Below, piece by piece: positions 21,525 to 31,724 of a stretch of DNA of 64,000 bases. The first letter of the stretch is position 1, and every line of letters begins with the position of its first letter. The position numbers and the translations under genes are program-made. Below the pieces are notes generated by a model. It ran no database searches. It was not told where the DNA came from and was given only the letters and a program-made list of their open reading frames with translations. The stretch lies in NCBI GenBank assembly GCA_963804245.1, contig CAWDPQ010000006.1:106643-170642 (forward strand). The letters are read 5' to 3'. The DNA comes from an uncultured Acidobacteriota bacterium (GTDB lineage Bacteria > Acidobacteriota > Vicinamibacteria > Vicinamibacterales > 2-12-FULL-66-21).

Positions 21525-22790
21525 TCAGAGCGACTTCAGATATTCGACGAGATCGGCCTTCTGTGCATCGGTCAACTGCAAATCGAATAGCCGATCGTAG
21601 TGATTGACCACCGCGAGAAGATCGGGTGCGCTGCCGTCATGGAAATACGGTGCATGCTGCCAGAGCGCGCGCAACGGTGTCGTCCGGTATTTGCCGGTCG
21701 CACTCCGCGTCGCGTAGACGGGCTCCGTGCCGACTTCGGCCGGGTCGTGCAGGAAGGGGATGCGCCGGTCAGGTCCGCTCAACACGTCGGTGAAGTTCGG
21801 TCCCTGGTGACAGCTGGCGCATCCGGCTTCGTTCCGGAACAATCGCCGGCCACGGCGCGCGGCCTCCTTGTCGAAGCTGAGTTTCGGCGGGTCGGGCACG
21901 CGCAAGCTCAATTGATAAGCGAGCAGAGCCCGAAGCTTCGGAGTCACCAGATCCGGCGACTGCGTAATGGTCAGATTGATGCGCGGGTCATGAAAGTTCC
22001 CCTTGCCGCCCATCTGTCCTACGCCCACGTAACTGTTCCAGTAGGAGATCGGACCGTCGCCGGTAACGGTCTCGAAGAACACACCCTTCAATCCGTAGAT
22101 TGGCGGAATGACGATCGGCAGCGAGAAAGGGTTCAGCGGAATGATGTTCGTACCGTCGAACGCGTGGTGCCGCGGATCGTATTTGCCGGGTCCCCAGGTC
22201 GAGAACTCGGCCTTGAGGCCATCGTCCAGGACTGGGGACAACGCTACGATAGCCCCGACGTTCAAGTCGGTGTTCGCCCAGCCATCCAGGCGTTTGCCGA
22301 TACCAGCCATGAAGGAGTCGTCGACCGTGGAGTGACAGAGCGCGCAGGTGATGCCGACGCTGGTGAGCTCGCCCGCGTCGTTGACCTTACCCTTGACTCC
22401 CACCACCGCATTCAGCCGCAGCAGCTCGATCGTCACGGCAGGCTTGGTGAGATCGACGTCTCCGGCGCGAAGCGCGGCAATGATCGCCTTGGGCAGCGCT
22501 TCGACGTCAACCTTGAGGCCTACCTTCAGCGCGGTGGCCGGATCAACCTCGGAGATCGCCTCGTGCATGCGCAACACGTCGGTCCAGAACTGTTCGTCGC
22601 CGAACGTGTCGAAGCGGAAGATCTTCTTGCCATCGTGCTTCTTCGGATCGGTCTTGGATCCAGAGTCGCGGGATCGCTCGTTGGCGGATGTCAGCGGAGC
22701 AAACCCCGAGCTCGCGTATGTCAGGGCGAGGACGAACATGACGGCGCATCCGCCGATGAGTCTGGAAGCCGATCTCGTCCCCGATCCCAT
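21525..22790 (-). CDS. Di-heme cytochrome c peroxidase (CCP/MauG)-family protein, exported
   Basis: Two CxxCH motifs (CALCHSTVDD, CASCHQGPNF). The C-terminus RALWQHAPYFHDGSAPDLLAVVNHY is typical of the CCP_MauG family. An internal ATG at 22790 is preceded by AGGTGGGG, followed by the signal-like SRLIGGCAVMFVLALTYASS. Confidence 0.7.
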   Translation of the reverse strand: MGSGTRSASRLIGGCAVMFVLALTYASSGFAPLTSANERSRDSGSKTDPKKHDGKKIFRFDTFGDEQFWTDVLRMHEAISEVDPATALKVGLKVDVEALPKAIIAALRAGDVDLTKPAVTIELLRLNAVVGVKGKVNDAGELTSVGITCALCHSTVDDSFMAGIGKRLDGWANTDLNVGAIVALSPVLDDGLKAEFSTWGPGKYDPRHHAFDGTNIIPLNPFSLPIVIPPIYGLKGVFFETVTGDGPISYWNSYVGVGQMGGKGNFHDPRINLTITQSPDLVTPKLRALLAYQLSLRVPDPPKLSFDKEAARRGRRLFRNEAGCASCHQGPNFTDVLSGPDRRIPFLHDPAEVGTEPVYATRSATGKYRTTPLRALWQHAPYFHDGSAPDLLAVVNHYDRLFDLQLTDAQKADLVEYLKSL

Positions 22791-22865
22791 ATCCCCACCT
22801 TTCGTGGCCGCACGTCGTCCGACCCTATAGAGAGTCGGCAGGTGCGAAAAGGTGACGCAAATCAA

Positions 22866-22944
22866 AACTGGGGAACTGGGGAGCTGGCGGACCTGCGGAG
22901 CTGGGCGCGGAACAGACTGGGCGACCAGCTATGGGGAGGTCTGG
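22866..22944. repeat. Degenerate 8-13 nt tandem array (RRCTGGGG-like units)
   Basis: aactgggg aactgggg agctggcgg acctgcgg agctgggcgcgg aacagactgggcg accagctatgggg aggtctgg. It lies between the sigma gene stop (23015) and the peroxidase-like gene start. Confidence 0.6.
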
Positions 22945-23014
22945 CCGTAGCGCGAAGTGGACTGAGCGAGCGCGCTTGGAGGCGGGGGCCCCAAGCGCAT
23001 TGAGTAAGACGAAG

Positions 23015-23725
23015 TCAGGCGCGCTGATCCGAAATGCGCGCGAGAACCGCCGACACGATGCGATCGCAGCGCGGACGGTAGAAGCGGAACGCCTCCGGGG
23101 CTGCGACGCCGGTACGATTCACCAGGACGCGGCGCAGTGCCGCTCGGCCGCGGGACAGCCGCGTCTTGACCACGTCTTCGGAGACGTCCAGGATCGTGGC
23201 CACCTCTAGCGTGTTGAGCCCTTCGACTTCGCGAAGGACGAACACGGCGCGGAGGCCGTCGGGCAATGTGTCGATTGCCCATTCCAGCAGCGTCCGCAGC
23301 TCGCCGGCGAAGGCCTCACGTTCGGGATCGGGCGGAGAGTTGTGCGTCGACAGCCTCTCCACATTCGAGAGCTCGTCGTCGAATGTCTCGTATTTGCCCC
23401 GGCTGCGAACACGGGCCAGGGACTCGTTGACGGCGATCCTCGTCAGCCAGGTGGCAAAACGCGCCGCGCCGCTGAACTGCCGAAGGTGCGCAAAGGCGTT
23501 GACGTACGCCTGCTGCATCACATCCTCGGCCTCCTGATCGTCACGCACGATCGCGCGCGCTGCTCTGTACACACGTTCATTATGGCGGCGCATGAGCAGC
23601 TCGAAGAGAGCGGTATTGCCTTCGAGCACCTGGCGCACGACGTCCTCGTCCGTCTGCTCCGATACAACGGCGGTGACCGCCGCAGCGTTTTCCACCACTC
23701 CAGTATATAGAGTGGCGAAATGCAA
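23015..23725 (-). CDS. ECF RNA polymerase sigma factor with a ~40-aa C-terminal extension
   Basis: Region 2 reads VYRAARAIVRDDQEAEDVMQQAYVNAFAHLRQF...ATWLTRIAVNE. Region 4 reads REVEGLNTLEVATILDVSEDVVKTRLSRGRAALR. The extra tail is VLVNRTGVAAPEAFRFYRPRCDRIVSAVLARISDQRA. The start codon is ambiguous (TTG at 23725 or downstream). Confidence 0.8.
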   Translation of the reverse strand: MHFATLYTGVVENAAAVTAVVSEQTDEDVVRQVLEGNTALFELLMRRHNERVYRAARAIVRDDQEAEDVMQQAYVNAFAHLRQFSGAARFATWLTRIAVNESLARVRSRGKYETFDDELSNVERLSTHNSPPDPEREAFAGELRTLLEWAIDTLPDGLRAVFVLREVEGLNTLEVATILDVSEDVVKTRLSRGRAALRRVLVNRTGVAAPEAFRFYRPRCDRIVSAVLARISDQRA

Positions 23726-23746
23726 GAAGGTGACAGGTCATCGCAG

Positions 23747-26249
23747 CTACGACCGCCGGCTCAACATGACCGAAAGTGCGGCGGCGATGAAAACCGTCGA
23801 GTACGTTCCGCTGACGATCCCGACCAGCAGCGTAAAGGCGAATCCCCGCAAGACGTCGCCACCGAAACAGAACAGCGCCAGAACAGCCAGGAACGTCGTT
23901 CCCGCGGTGATGATCGTGCGGCCGAGCGTCTGGTTGACCGCAGCGTTGACGGCCTGATCGAGCGACGCGCGCGGCAACGTCCGCAGGTTCTCGCGGACGC
24001 GGTCGAAGGTCACGATGGTGTCGTTCACCGAGTAGCCGGTGATGGTGAGCATCGCGGCGACGACGTTCAACGAGAGGTCGTAGCCGGACAGGCTGAGGAA
24101 CGACGCCGTGACCAGGATGTCGTGGAACGTTGCAGCGATGGCCCCCGCCGCAAAGCTCGGCCGGAAGCGGAGCGCGATATATCCCGTAATCCCCCCGAGA
24201 GACGCCAGCGTGGCGTATGCACCCTTGCGCCGCAAGTCCGCACCGATCGCGGGACCGATCGTTTCGGTGCCGGTAACTTCGAACCCGGGTAATCCCGCCT
24301 CTTTCAGCGCCGCAATCGTTCGCGTGGTCTGCTCCGCAAGCGTGCGCGCCTTCCTCCATGCCTCCGAGCTGGGGAAGCCTGATCAGCACCTCGTTGTTCG
24401 CCGCGTCGCCGAAGCGCTGAACGGTCTCCTGGCCTGGTATTGCGCTCGCCACGAGTTCTTCGGAGACCGGTTCGGCAAACTTCACGGTCACGATGCTTCC
24501 GCCGGAAAAGTCGATTCCGAGCGGGATGCCACCGCGGAGGATCGCCAACCCGATTCCGATGAGGATCACGACTGCCGACAGCGTCACTGCGTGCCAGCGC
24601 CAGCGGAGAAAATCGAAGTTCGGTGCTCGGAGCCGCTGGGAGAAAGTCCCCATGCGCAACCGTGTCCCACGTCCGCGCGAGATGACGGCTTCGAAAAGCG
24701 TGCGTGACACGAAAACTGCCGTGAACACGTTCGCGAGCAGACCGAACGTGAGCGTCGTCGCGAACCCTCGAATCGGTCCCGTGCCGAACTGAAACAGGAA
24801 TGCCGCGGCAATCAGGGAGGCGATGTGCGTGTCGAGGATAGTGGAGAACACACGGTCGAAGCCGGCGGCGACGGCCGCCCTGGCACTCTTGCCGGCTGCC
24901 AGCTCCTCCTTGATACGCTCGAAGATGAGGACGTTCGAGTCCACGCCCATCCCAATCGTCAGGATCAGCCCCGCGATGCCCGGCAGTGTCAGCGCGGCTC
25001 CGACATACGCCATGAGCCCGAGCAGCAGGAGGAGATTTGCGACGATCGAGATGAAAGCATTGATGCCAGCCCGGTTGTAGTAGAGGAGCATGAAGCTCGT
25101 GATGAATCCGAGCCCCGCCAGCGAAGCGACGACACCGGCCTGGATCGAGGCGCTGCCCAGCGATGGCCCGACAAACCGTCCACCGAGGTAGGTCATAGAG
25201 GCGGGCAGGGCGCCGGCACGGAGCACCAGCGAGAGGTCGGAGCTTCTCTTTGCGTGAATCGCCCGTAGATTTGCCCCTCGCCGCGATCGATGGGACCCTC
25301 GATCCGTGGCGCCGACTGCACCCGCCCGTCCAGGATGATCGCCAGCGAGCGGCCGACGTTATCCCTGGTCAGCTGCGCGAACCGCCGGGCACCCTCCTGA
25401 GTCAGTGAAAAGGCAACCGCCGGTTGATTGTTCTCGCCGGCTGTCGGACGGGCGTTGCGCAGGTCCCGGCCGGTGATCTCCGCGGCCGCTCGCACGAGGT
25501 AGTAGGCAGGGGTATCGCCGGGCATGGCGGCCTCGATGCCAGATGCAACCTCGGTGTGTGCCGGAACCACACCGCCGGTGTCAACAAGCAGGGCCTCGCG
25601 CGACGCGGCTGGACCTCGTTCGACGAGTTTCCATTCGAGCAACGCGGTTGCTCCCATGATGTCCCTCGCGCGGTCCATATCGGCGATACCTGGCAGCTGG
25701 ACGAAGAGCTCATCGCCGGCCGCACCCTGGATGGCTATCAGCGGTTCCGAGACGCCAAGACCATCAACCCGGCGTTCGACGGTGTGCCTGGCCTGCGTGA
25801 CGGTATCGGTGCGTAGTCTCGAAAGAGCCTGTCCACTGAGCGTAAATGCGTAGGCGTGCCCGGCGGACTCGCGGAGAAAACCAACGGCGACGTCGTCCGA
25901 GAGTCGCCGAAACGCGGTGTCGGCTTCGGGCGACACGTTGAGAACCCGGAACCTGCCCGGACCGAGTACCTCGACCGGACCCGCTTTGACCCCCTGGCGC
26001 GTCAGCGCCTCCTCCACCCGCCGCGACGCATTCCGCGTCTCGACGAGTACCGCATCGTCGGTGTTCACTCGCAGGACCATGTGAACGCCGCCTTTCAAGT
26101 CCAACCCGAGCCTGAGCCGCTTCTCCAGAAGGAAGGAAGGCTTTTCCAGGGTCAGTGCGATCGGCGACCCACGGATACCAGCCGAAGATCGAAATCCCCA
26201 GAGTCACCATGAGGGTGACGACAATCCGCCAACGCAATCTGCTGCTCAT
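23747..26249 (-). CDS. secDF: Protein translocase subunit SecDF (fused), interrupted by three frame breaks
   Basis: Four ORF pieces in alternating frames read colinearly. First MSSRLRWRIVVTLMVTLGISIFGWYP. Then LEKRLRLGLDLKGGVHMVL...ILDGRVQSAPRIEGPI. Then LRAGALPASMTYLGGRFVGPSLG...GMGVDSNVLIFERIKEE...NFDFLRWRW. Last LRRKGAYATLASLGGI...TITGYSVNDTIVTFDRVREN...GTYSTVFIAAAL. Breaks are near 26155, 25238 and 24355. Confidence 0.85.
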
Positions 26250-26314
26250 AAACCCCTCCCCAAACACGAAGACACACGTCGACCGGGACCGGAAGACCCG
26301 TGCGCTGAGGGGAA

Positions 26315-26650
26315 TCAGATCAGGAGAGGGAACGTTCGAAGCGGCGGCGAACTGGCGAGGCGAAGCGCTGCGGACGGAGGCGAGATCGACGGACCGTAAC
26401 CTCGGAGCAGGCCCAGGCTGGCTGGTGCGAGCACCTCATGAATGTGGCCAGCCACCGAGGTTCGAGCCGGGCCGCCAACGCTGAGCAGAGCCACGCCGGG
26501 CGTCGGCGATGGCCGTTCGGTTTGGGTTGTGCTGTCCGTTGTCGAAGATGAGCAGGCCCAGTCCGCTACGTTGGCGTGGCGCATGGGGAGCCAGATGGCG
26601 ATCACCGTGGCCACGACGAAAGCAACCATGCGACTCACGAACCGCATCAT
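26315..26650 (-). CDS. Hypothetical small membrane-anchored protein (weak call)
   Basis: An ATG-ATG start is followed by the hydrophobic MMRFVSRMVAFVVATVIAIWLP. The rest is unrecognisable and an alternative frame also reads plausibly (GLGLLIFDNGQHNPNRTAIA). It may be broken or non-coding. Confidence 0.2.
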   Translation of the reverse strand: MMRFVSRMVAFVVATVIAIWLPMRHANVADWACSSSTTDSTTQTERPSPTPGVALLSVGGPARTSVAGHIHEVLAPASLGLLRGYGPSISPPSAALRLASSPPLRTFPLLI

Positions 26651-26917
26651 GAGGCCCGACGCGAGCGTGGTCAAGTGTTCAGCCCGTCCGTATCCCAAGG
26701 TACAGCAGTTGCTAGTTTTCGTGTTCCGCGGGAACCCCGTCCTGCGCTGAGGCGTTGCTTTTGGTCGCGGGATTTTACGGAACGACCCGCCAAAAATCAC
26801 CACAAGACGCGTCTCTTGGTACCTCGGGCTGGTCGCCCGTACCCGACCGGAACGAGCGAACGCCGAAGGCATTTATCAGCCCCATCGTGGACTTTAGTCG
26901 GCGAAGCCGTGCAGAAA

Positions 26918-27569
26918 ATGAAAAAGTTGAACAAACTCTCTGGACCCGGTTCGACGCAACAGCCGCGGTCGGATTTCAATTGGCCGCCGACCGAGGAGGA
27001 CCTCGCGCCGTTCGGCGATCGACAACAGCCAGACCGCGCACGAGAGGCTGCGCGCGTACTTCAATTGGCCGGCTGATAACGCAGCGCGCCGGCCGGCGTT
27101 GGCCGAGGCTCCGATGGTCACGTCTGAGGAGCTGCGGTCGGCGTGCGATTGGCCTCCAGTTGACGAGGACGGCGGGCATCCGGTGTCGGAAGCCGTTCCG
27201 GGGGCATCGGGCCAGGCGGAGGGGAGTTCCAGCTGGCCTCCCCCCGACGAACCGGTGCCCGCAACGGTCGTCCAAGAGACGTTCGAACCCTGGCCCGCAG
27301 GGGTCGACCGTCAATCTGATGTTTCGTTTTCGCGCCCACGCCGATCCAGGCTGCGGCGTCCACCGGAGTTGGCGATGCGCCGACGTTGAACGTTGAGGCT
27401 GCCGAAGCTGCGGACGTCGGATCGAGGGGGAGCTCGGCTGGATTCAATCACCGACGGCCAATGGGAAGTTCAGATTGCGCGGTTGCAAGCGTTGATCGAG
27501 GGGCTGACCGAGAAGCTGGAGTGGCGCGCCACGGGCGCCATTGGAAACGAACAACGGTTGAAGCACTGA
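26918..27569 (+). CDS. Hypothetical acidic/proline-rich protein with five W-P motifs and a C-terminal coiled coil; frame break ~27040 and in-frame TGA at 27387
   Basis: MKKLNKLSGPGSTQQPRSDFNWPPTEEDLAPF... then, in the next frame, YFNWPADNAARR...CDWPPVDEDGG...SSWPPPDEPVP...EPWPAGVDRQ...RRR-TGA-TLRLPKLRTSDRGGARLDSITDGQWEVQIARLQALIEGLTEKLEWRATG. It ends 28 nt before the coiled-coil gene. It could instead be two ORFs (TTG at 27393). Confidence 0.35.
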
Positions 27570-27597
27570 CTTATTCACTCATTGGCGGAGACCCGAC

Positions 27598-30348
27598 ATG
27601 CTTGATGCTTTCAAGAATCGCTCGTCCGACTCCAAGCGCGAATTGGTCGTCGACGAGCGTCACGAACTCGAACGGCTGATTCAAACCGCCCGCACCGAGC
27701 GGGCCGCCATGGACGAAACGCTCCTCACGATGAGGGCGCGCAGTGCCAGTTTGAAGCCGATCGGCCAGCTACTCGAGCATATCGACGGGAAGATGACCGA
27801 CGTCTCGACAAAGCTCGATGAGATCGGCGATCGGCTCGGCGCGCTCGACGGCCGCACCCGCGACCTGGAGGCCATCGACGAGCACGTCCAGAGCCTGAAG
27901 GACGCCGCCCAACAGGCAGAGCAGACCGTGCAGAGCGCGCTCGGCGCCGATGGCGAGCTGACGAAACACCGTGAGGCCGTCGAGCACCTCTCGGCGCAGG
28001 CGCAGCAGACACACTCGAGCCTCGATGCGCTGAAAATCGAGCACGCGGCGCTCGAACAGTTGCGTGACCAGCTGCGCACGACGCAGACCGAGGTCAAGCA
28101 GTCAGTCGACGTCGCCACCGCGCTCGAGAACGAGCTGCAGATGATTCGCGGGATGGCGATGGGCCTGACCGAAGACTGCGCTCGCCTCGCCGACACGTCA
28201 CGCGTCGCACGCGAGGACACCGCCGTCGCGATGACCGCAATCAAGGACGTCGAGAAGAAGCTCGGCCCCCTGGCGCAGCTCCAGGAGACTCGGTCAGAAC
28301 ACGGAAGAACGCCTGGTGACGCTCAACGCCCTTGCCGAGCGCGTCTCGCGCAAGGCCAAAGTGATCGAAGGCCAGGCACCCACCGTCGAACACGCCCTCG
28401 TTCAGGCCAACCGGGTGAACGAGATGGTGTGGTCGATGGAGGTCCAGATCGGCAAGTTGAACGAGGGCATGAAGCACGCGGCGACCGCCGATGAAACGCT
28501 GGCGCGCCTCGAGAAGCTCTCAGCCGAAACGACCGAACGGCTGCAGGCCGCTGCCAAACTGCATGAAGAGACCGAACAGCAGACCGTGAGCCTCGAAAAG
28601 CGCAGCGCCCTCCTGGTCGAGTCGATGCACGCGCAGGTCGGCACGCTCGAGGTCGACAAGAAGGAAGTCGATGCGGTCGGTGAGCGCCTGCGCGCGCTGG
28701 TCGGCGCCATCGGACGCGCGGAAACGCGCATGAACGGTCTGGCGGGACACGAGAAGGTCCTGTCCACGGTTTCGAACGGCATCCAGGCACTCTCGCAGGC
28801 GCTTCGAGGATCTCTTCGCGCAGTCGGAGGAACTGACGACGAGGCAGCTCACGCTCGAAGGCGTCCACGACCGACTCGCGCAGGTCGACGACCTCGCGAG
28901 AAAGGCGTCGTCGCAGATGGACTGGCTGCGCCAGGGTCGCCAGGACCTGGACGCGCTGCGCAAGGACGTTCTCGAATTCCACAAATCGCAAGCCGAAATC
29001 AAGAAGCTCGGCGCCGAGCTGGCGGCCGATCGGCAGGCGATTCAGGAGTTCAACGAACGGATGAACGCCATCTCGACCCGCGCGCCGGAGATCGAGGCCA
29101 AGGTCGAGGCGGTCCTCGACATGATGTCGATCGTCGAGAACGCGTCGCAGAAGGCCACCGGGCTTCAGGAGCTCATGTCGACACTCGATGGCCAGGTCGC
29201 ACGGCTCGAATCGCGAGCCTCGTTCGTCGAGGGGATCGAGACACGCCTGAACACGCTCAATACCCTGAGCACCGAGATCGATCGGCGGCTGGAACAGCAA
29301 CTCGAGCGCCGCGGCGATTTCGACATGCTGAAGACGGCGTCCGATGGGGTTGTCGCGCAAATCGCCGACGCGCACCACAAGCTCGAAGCCGTGCACGCGC
29401 TGCAGGCCAGGTTCGTGCCGCTGCTGGACCAGGCGAAGGTGCTCAAATCCGACATCGATGCCACGCGCACCCGGCTGGAAGAAATCAAGCCAGACGATGC
29501 GGTGGTCGCCGAGCACGAGAAACGATTCGCCGACCTGGTGTCGACGAGTCGCGCCCTCGGCACCGAGCTGGCCGATCGCCGGAACGACATGCTGGTCGCT
29601 CGCGGAGGAGCTCGGTCGTTCGGAACAACTGAAGACCATGCTGCTGAGCGAGCTGGAGCTCGTGCAAAACCGTCAGCGGGAGACCGTCGAACACATCGCG
29701 GCCTCAGAAGACCAGCTGGCGCGCGCCGAGCGAATGTTCAAACAGGTCGAGGAGCGGCGCCTCCAGATCACGATGGCTGAAAAGAAACTCACAGCTGTCG
29801 AAGCGCGGCTGGCGGACATCAAGGCCGTCAGCGAGGAGCTCGATCGGAGCCACGAAGCAATCGAGCTTCGCGAGCAGCTCGTGAGCGCGGTCAAAGCGGA
29901 GGTCGAGGCCGTGCACGCGATCAGCGCGCGCAGCAAAGCGGACCTCGATCACGTCATGCAGCACCGTGGCGAGGTGGCGTCGCTGCGGGTCCATGTCGAT
30001 CAGCTGTCGTCGCGCATCGCCGACACCAACCAGCGCGTCGCCGCCATCGACGCCCGCCGGCAGCTTCTCGAAGAGGTCGAGAGCAAAGCGAGCGTCATCC
30101 TGGATCTGCTGGACGACGTGCGCATCAACGTCGAAACGATCGCCGAGCAGAAGACGGTCGTCGATCAGGTGGCGCAGACGGCGGCACAACTGGAATTCAA
30201 GCTGCAGGAGGCGCGGAGCATCCTCGGCAAGCTGCAGCACGAACGCGAGCAGGCCGAACGCCTCGAACAGGGCATCAGGCAGCTTTCCTTGAAGTCAGCG
30301 AAGCCGGAAGAGGAGCTCGGTCGCCGCACCGAGGGAGTCGTACGGTAA
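27598..30348 (+). CDS. Large (~915 aa) coiled-coil-rich protein with no recognisable globular or NTPase domain; three +1 frame breaks
   Basis: Four ORFs (27598.., 28316.., 28917.., 29344..30348) in frames 1,2,0,1 read colinearly as uninterrupted heptad-like, E/Q/R/L/A-rich sequence. Examples are KLDEIGDRLGALDGRTRDLEAIDEHVQSLKDAAQQAEQ and LEQQLERRGDFDMLK. I saw no Walker A, TM or signal peptide. GGAG lies upstream of the ATG. Breaks are near 28285, 28800 and 29590. Confidence 0.7.
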
Positions 30349-30372
30349 CCACCGCTCGACAGCGACGGTGAT

Positions 30373-30936
30373 TCAGGCCTGAATCAACTCGGCGCCGGCG
30401 TGACTTTCGTGGCCTGCCTCGAAGAGCTCGGCGCGGGCGAAGCCGAAATGGACCGCGAGGGCCGCGACAGGATAGTTCTCGATTCGTGTGTTGTAGTCGA
30501 GGACGAGGCGATTGTAGAAGGCTCGGGCGAACGCAATCTTGTCCTCGATATCCCGAAGGTCTTCTCTGAGGGTGCAGAACTTCGTCGAGGCGCTCAGCTG
30601 CGGATAGCTCTCGACGATGGCGATCAGGCGGCCGACGGCCTGTGAGAGCAGGTTGCTCGCGATGGCCGTGTGTACTGCTCCGGCTGCCACCTGCATGGCG
30701 CCCCGCGCCCGCGCGACCTGCTCGAACACCTCGCGCTCCTGCTGCGCATAACCGCGGACGATCTCGATGGCATTCGGCAGCAGCCCGGCGCGGCGGCGAA
30801 GCTGGGCATCAACGACTGCCCACGCTTCCTGCACTCGTTGCCGCGAGCGGACGAGGGCATTGTAGCGGCTCAGTAGGAACACCACGGCCGCGCCGACCAT
30901 GGAGAACAGTGTGATGGAGAGCCACACCGGAGGCAT
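30373..30936 (-). CDS. lemA: LemA family protein
   Basis: N-terminal TM helix, then YNALVRSRQRVQEAWAVVDAQLRRRAGLLPNAIEIVRGYAQQEREVFEQVARAR...SYPQLSASTKFCTLREDLRDIEDKIAFARAFYN, the characteristic LemA pattern. Confidence 0.9.
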   Translation of the reverse strand: MPPVWLSITLFSMVGAAVVFLLSRYNALVRSRQRVQEAWAVVDAQLRRRAGLLPNAIEIVRGYAQQEREVFEQVARARGAMQVAAGAVHTAIASNLLSQAVGRLIAIVESYPQLSASTKFCTLREDLRDIEDKIAFARAFYNRLVLDYNTRIENYPVAALAVHFGFARAELFEAGHESHAGAELIQA

Positions 30937-31082
30937 GTGTTCGACCGATCCAACCGCTGCGCCGGAGCAAGGCAGGTGCCACGAAATGATCGCGCCGGAC
31001 GAACACTTCCGCGGCTCCCGGAACGGCCGCCTGTCGAAGACGTCATCGCGATCACGAAACTGATCGGCGAATCCCCGTTGCC

Positions 31083-31724
31083 CTAAACGATTAATCCTTT
31101 TCGCACGGCGTACAACACGATTTCCGCAGTGTTGTGCAGATTCAGCTTCTGCATGAGGTTTGCGCGATGCGTTTCGACGGTCGACAACCCGAGATCGAGC
31201 AGCGTCGCGACCTCCTTGTTCGAGCGTCCTTCTGCCAATAGCTGCAGCACTTCTTTCTCGCGGTCGGTCAGCAGGTGATACGTGTCCGTGAGGCCGCGTG
31301 CCTGCAGCCGCCGCACGTAGTCCTCGACCAGAACCGCGGCGACCGCCGGGCTGAAGAACGGTTTGCCCGAGGTGACGGCGCGAACGGCGGGAAGCAGGTC
31401 TTCATCGGTCGCGTCTTTGAGAAGGTAGGCACGGGCGCCGGCGGCAAGCGCTCGAATGATGTAGGACTCGTCGGAATGCATGCTGAGGATGATGACGTGC
31501 GGCGGGTGCTGCACCTTTTGCACGCGTGCCGCGACTTCGAGGCCGTTCAACTTTGGCATGCCGATGTCGACGATGGCGACATCGGGCTGATGTTCCTCAC
31601 AAAGTTTGACAGCCTCCAGACCGTCGGCGGCTTCCGCCACCACCGACAAGTCGAACGCGGTCTCCAGGAGACTCCTCAATCCGCGCCGGACGATCCCGTG
31701 ATCGTCAGCCAGCAATACTCGCAA
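31083..31724 (-). CDS. NarL/LuxR-family response regulator
   Basis: A TTG start gives MRVLLADDHGIVRRGLRSLLE...DVAIVDIGMPKLNG (receiver domain). The C-terminal LuxR HTH is LTDREKEVLQLLAEGRSNKEVATLLDLGLSTVETHRANLMQKL. It overlaps the kinase gene stop. Confidence 0.85.
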   Translation of the reverse strand: MRVLLADDHGIVRRGLRSLLETAFDLSVVAEAADGLEAVKLCEEHQPDVAIVDIGMPKLNGLEVAARVQKVQHPPHVIILSMHSDESYIIRALAAGARAYLLKDATDEDLLPAVRAVTSGKPFFSPAVAAVLVEDYVRRLQARGLTDTYHLLTDREKEVLQLLAEGRSNKEVATLLDLGLSTVETHRANLMQKLNLHNTAEIVLYAVRKGLIV

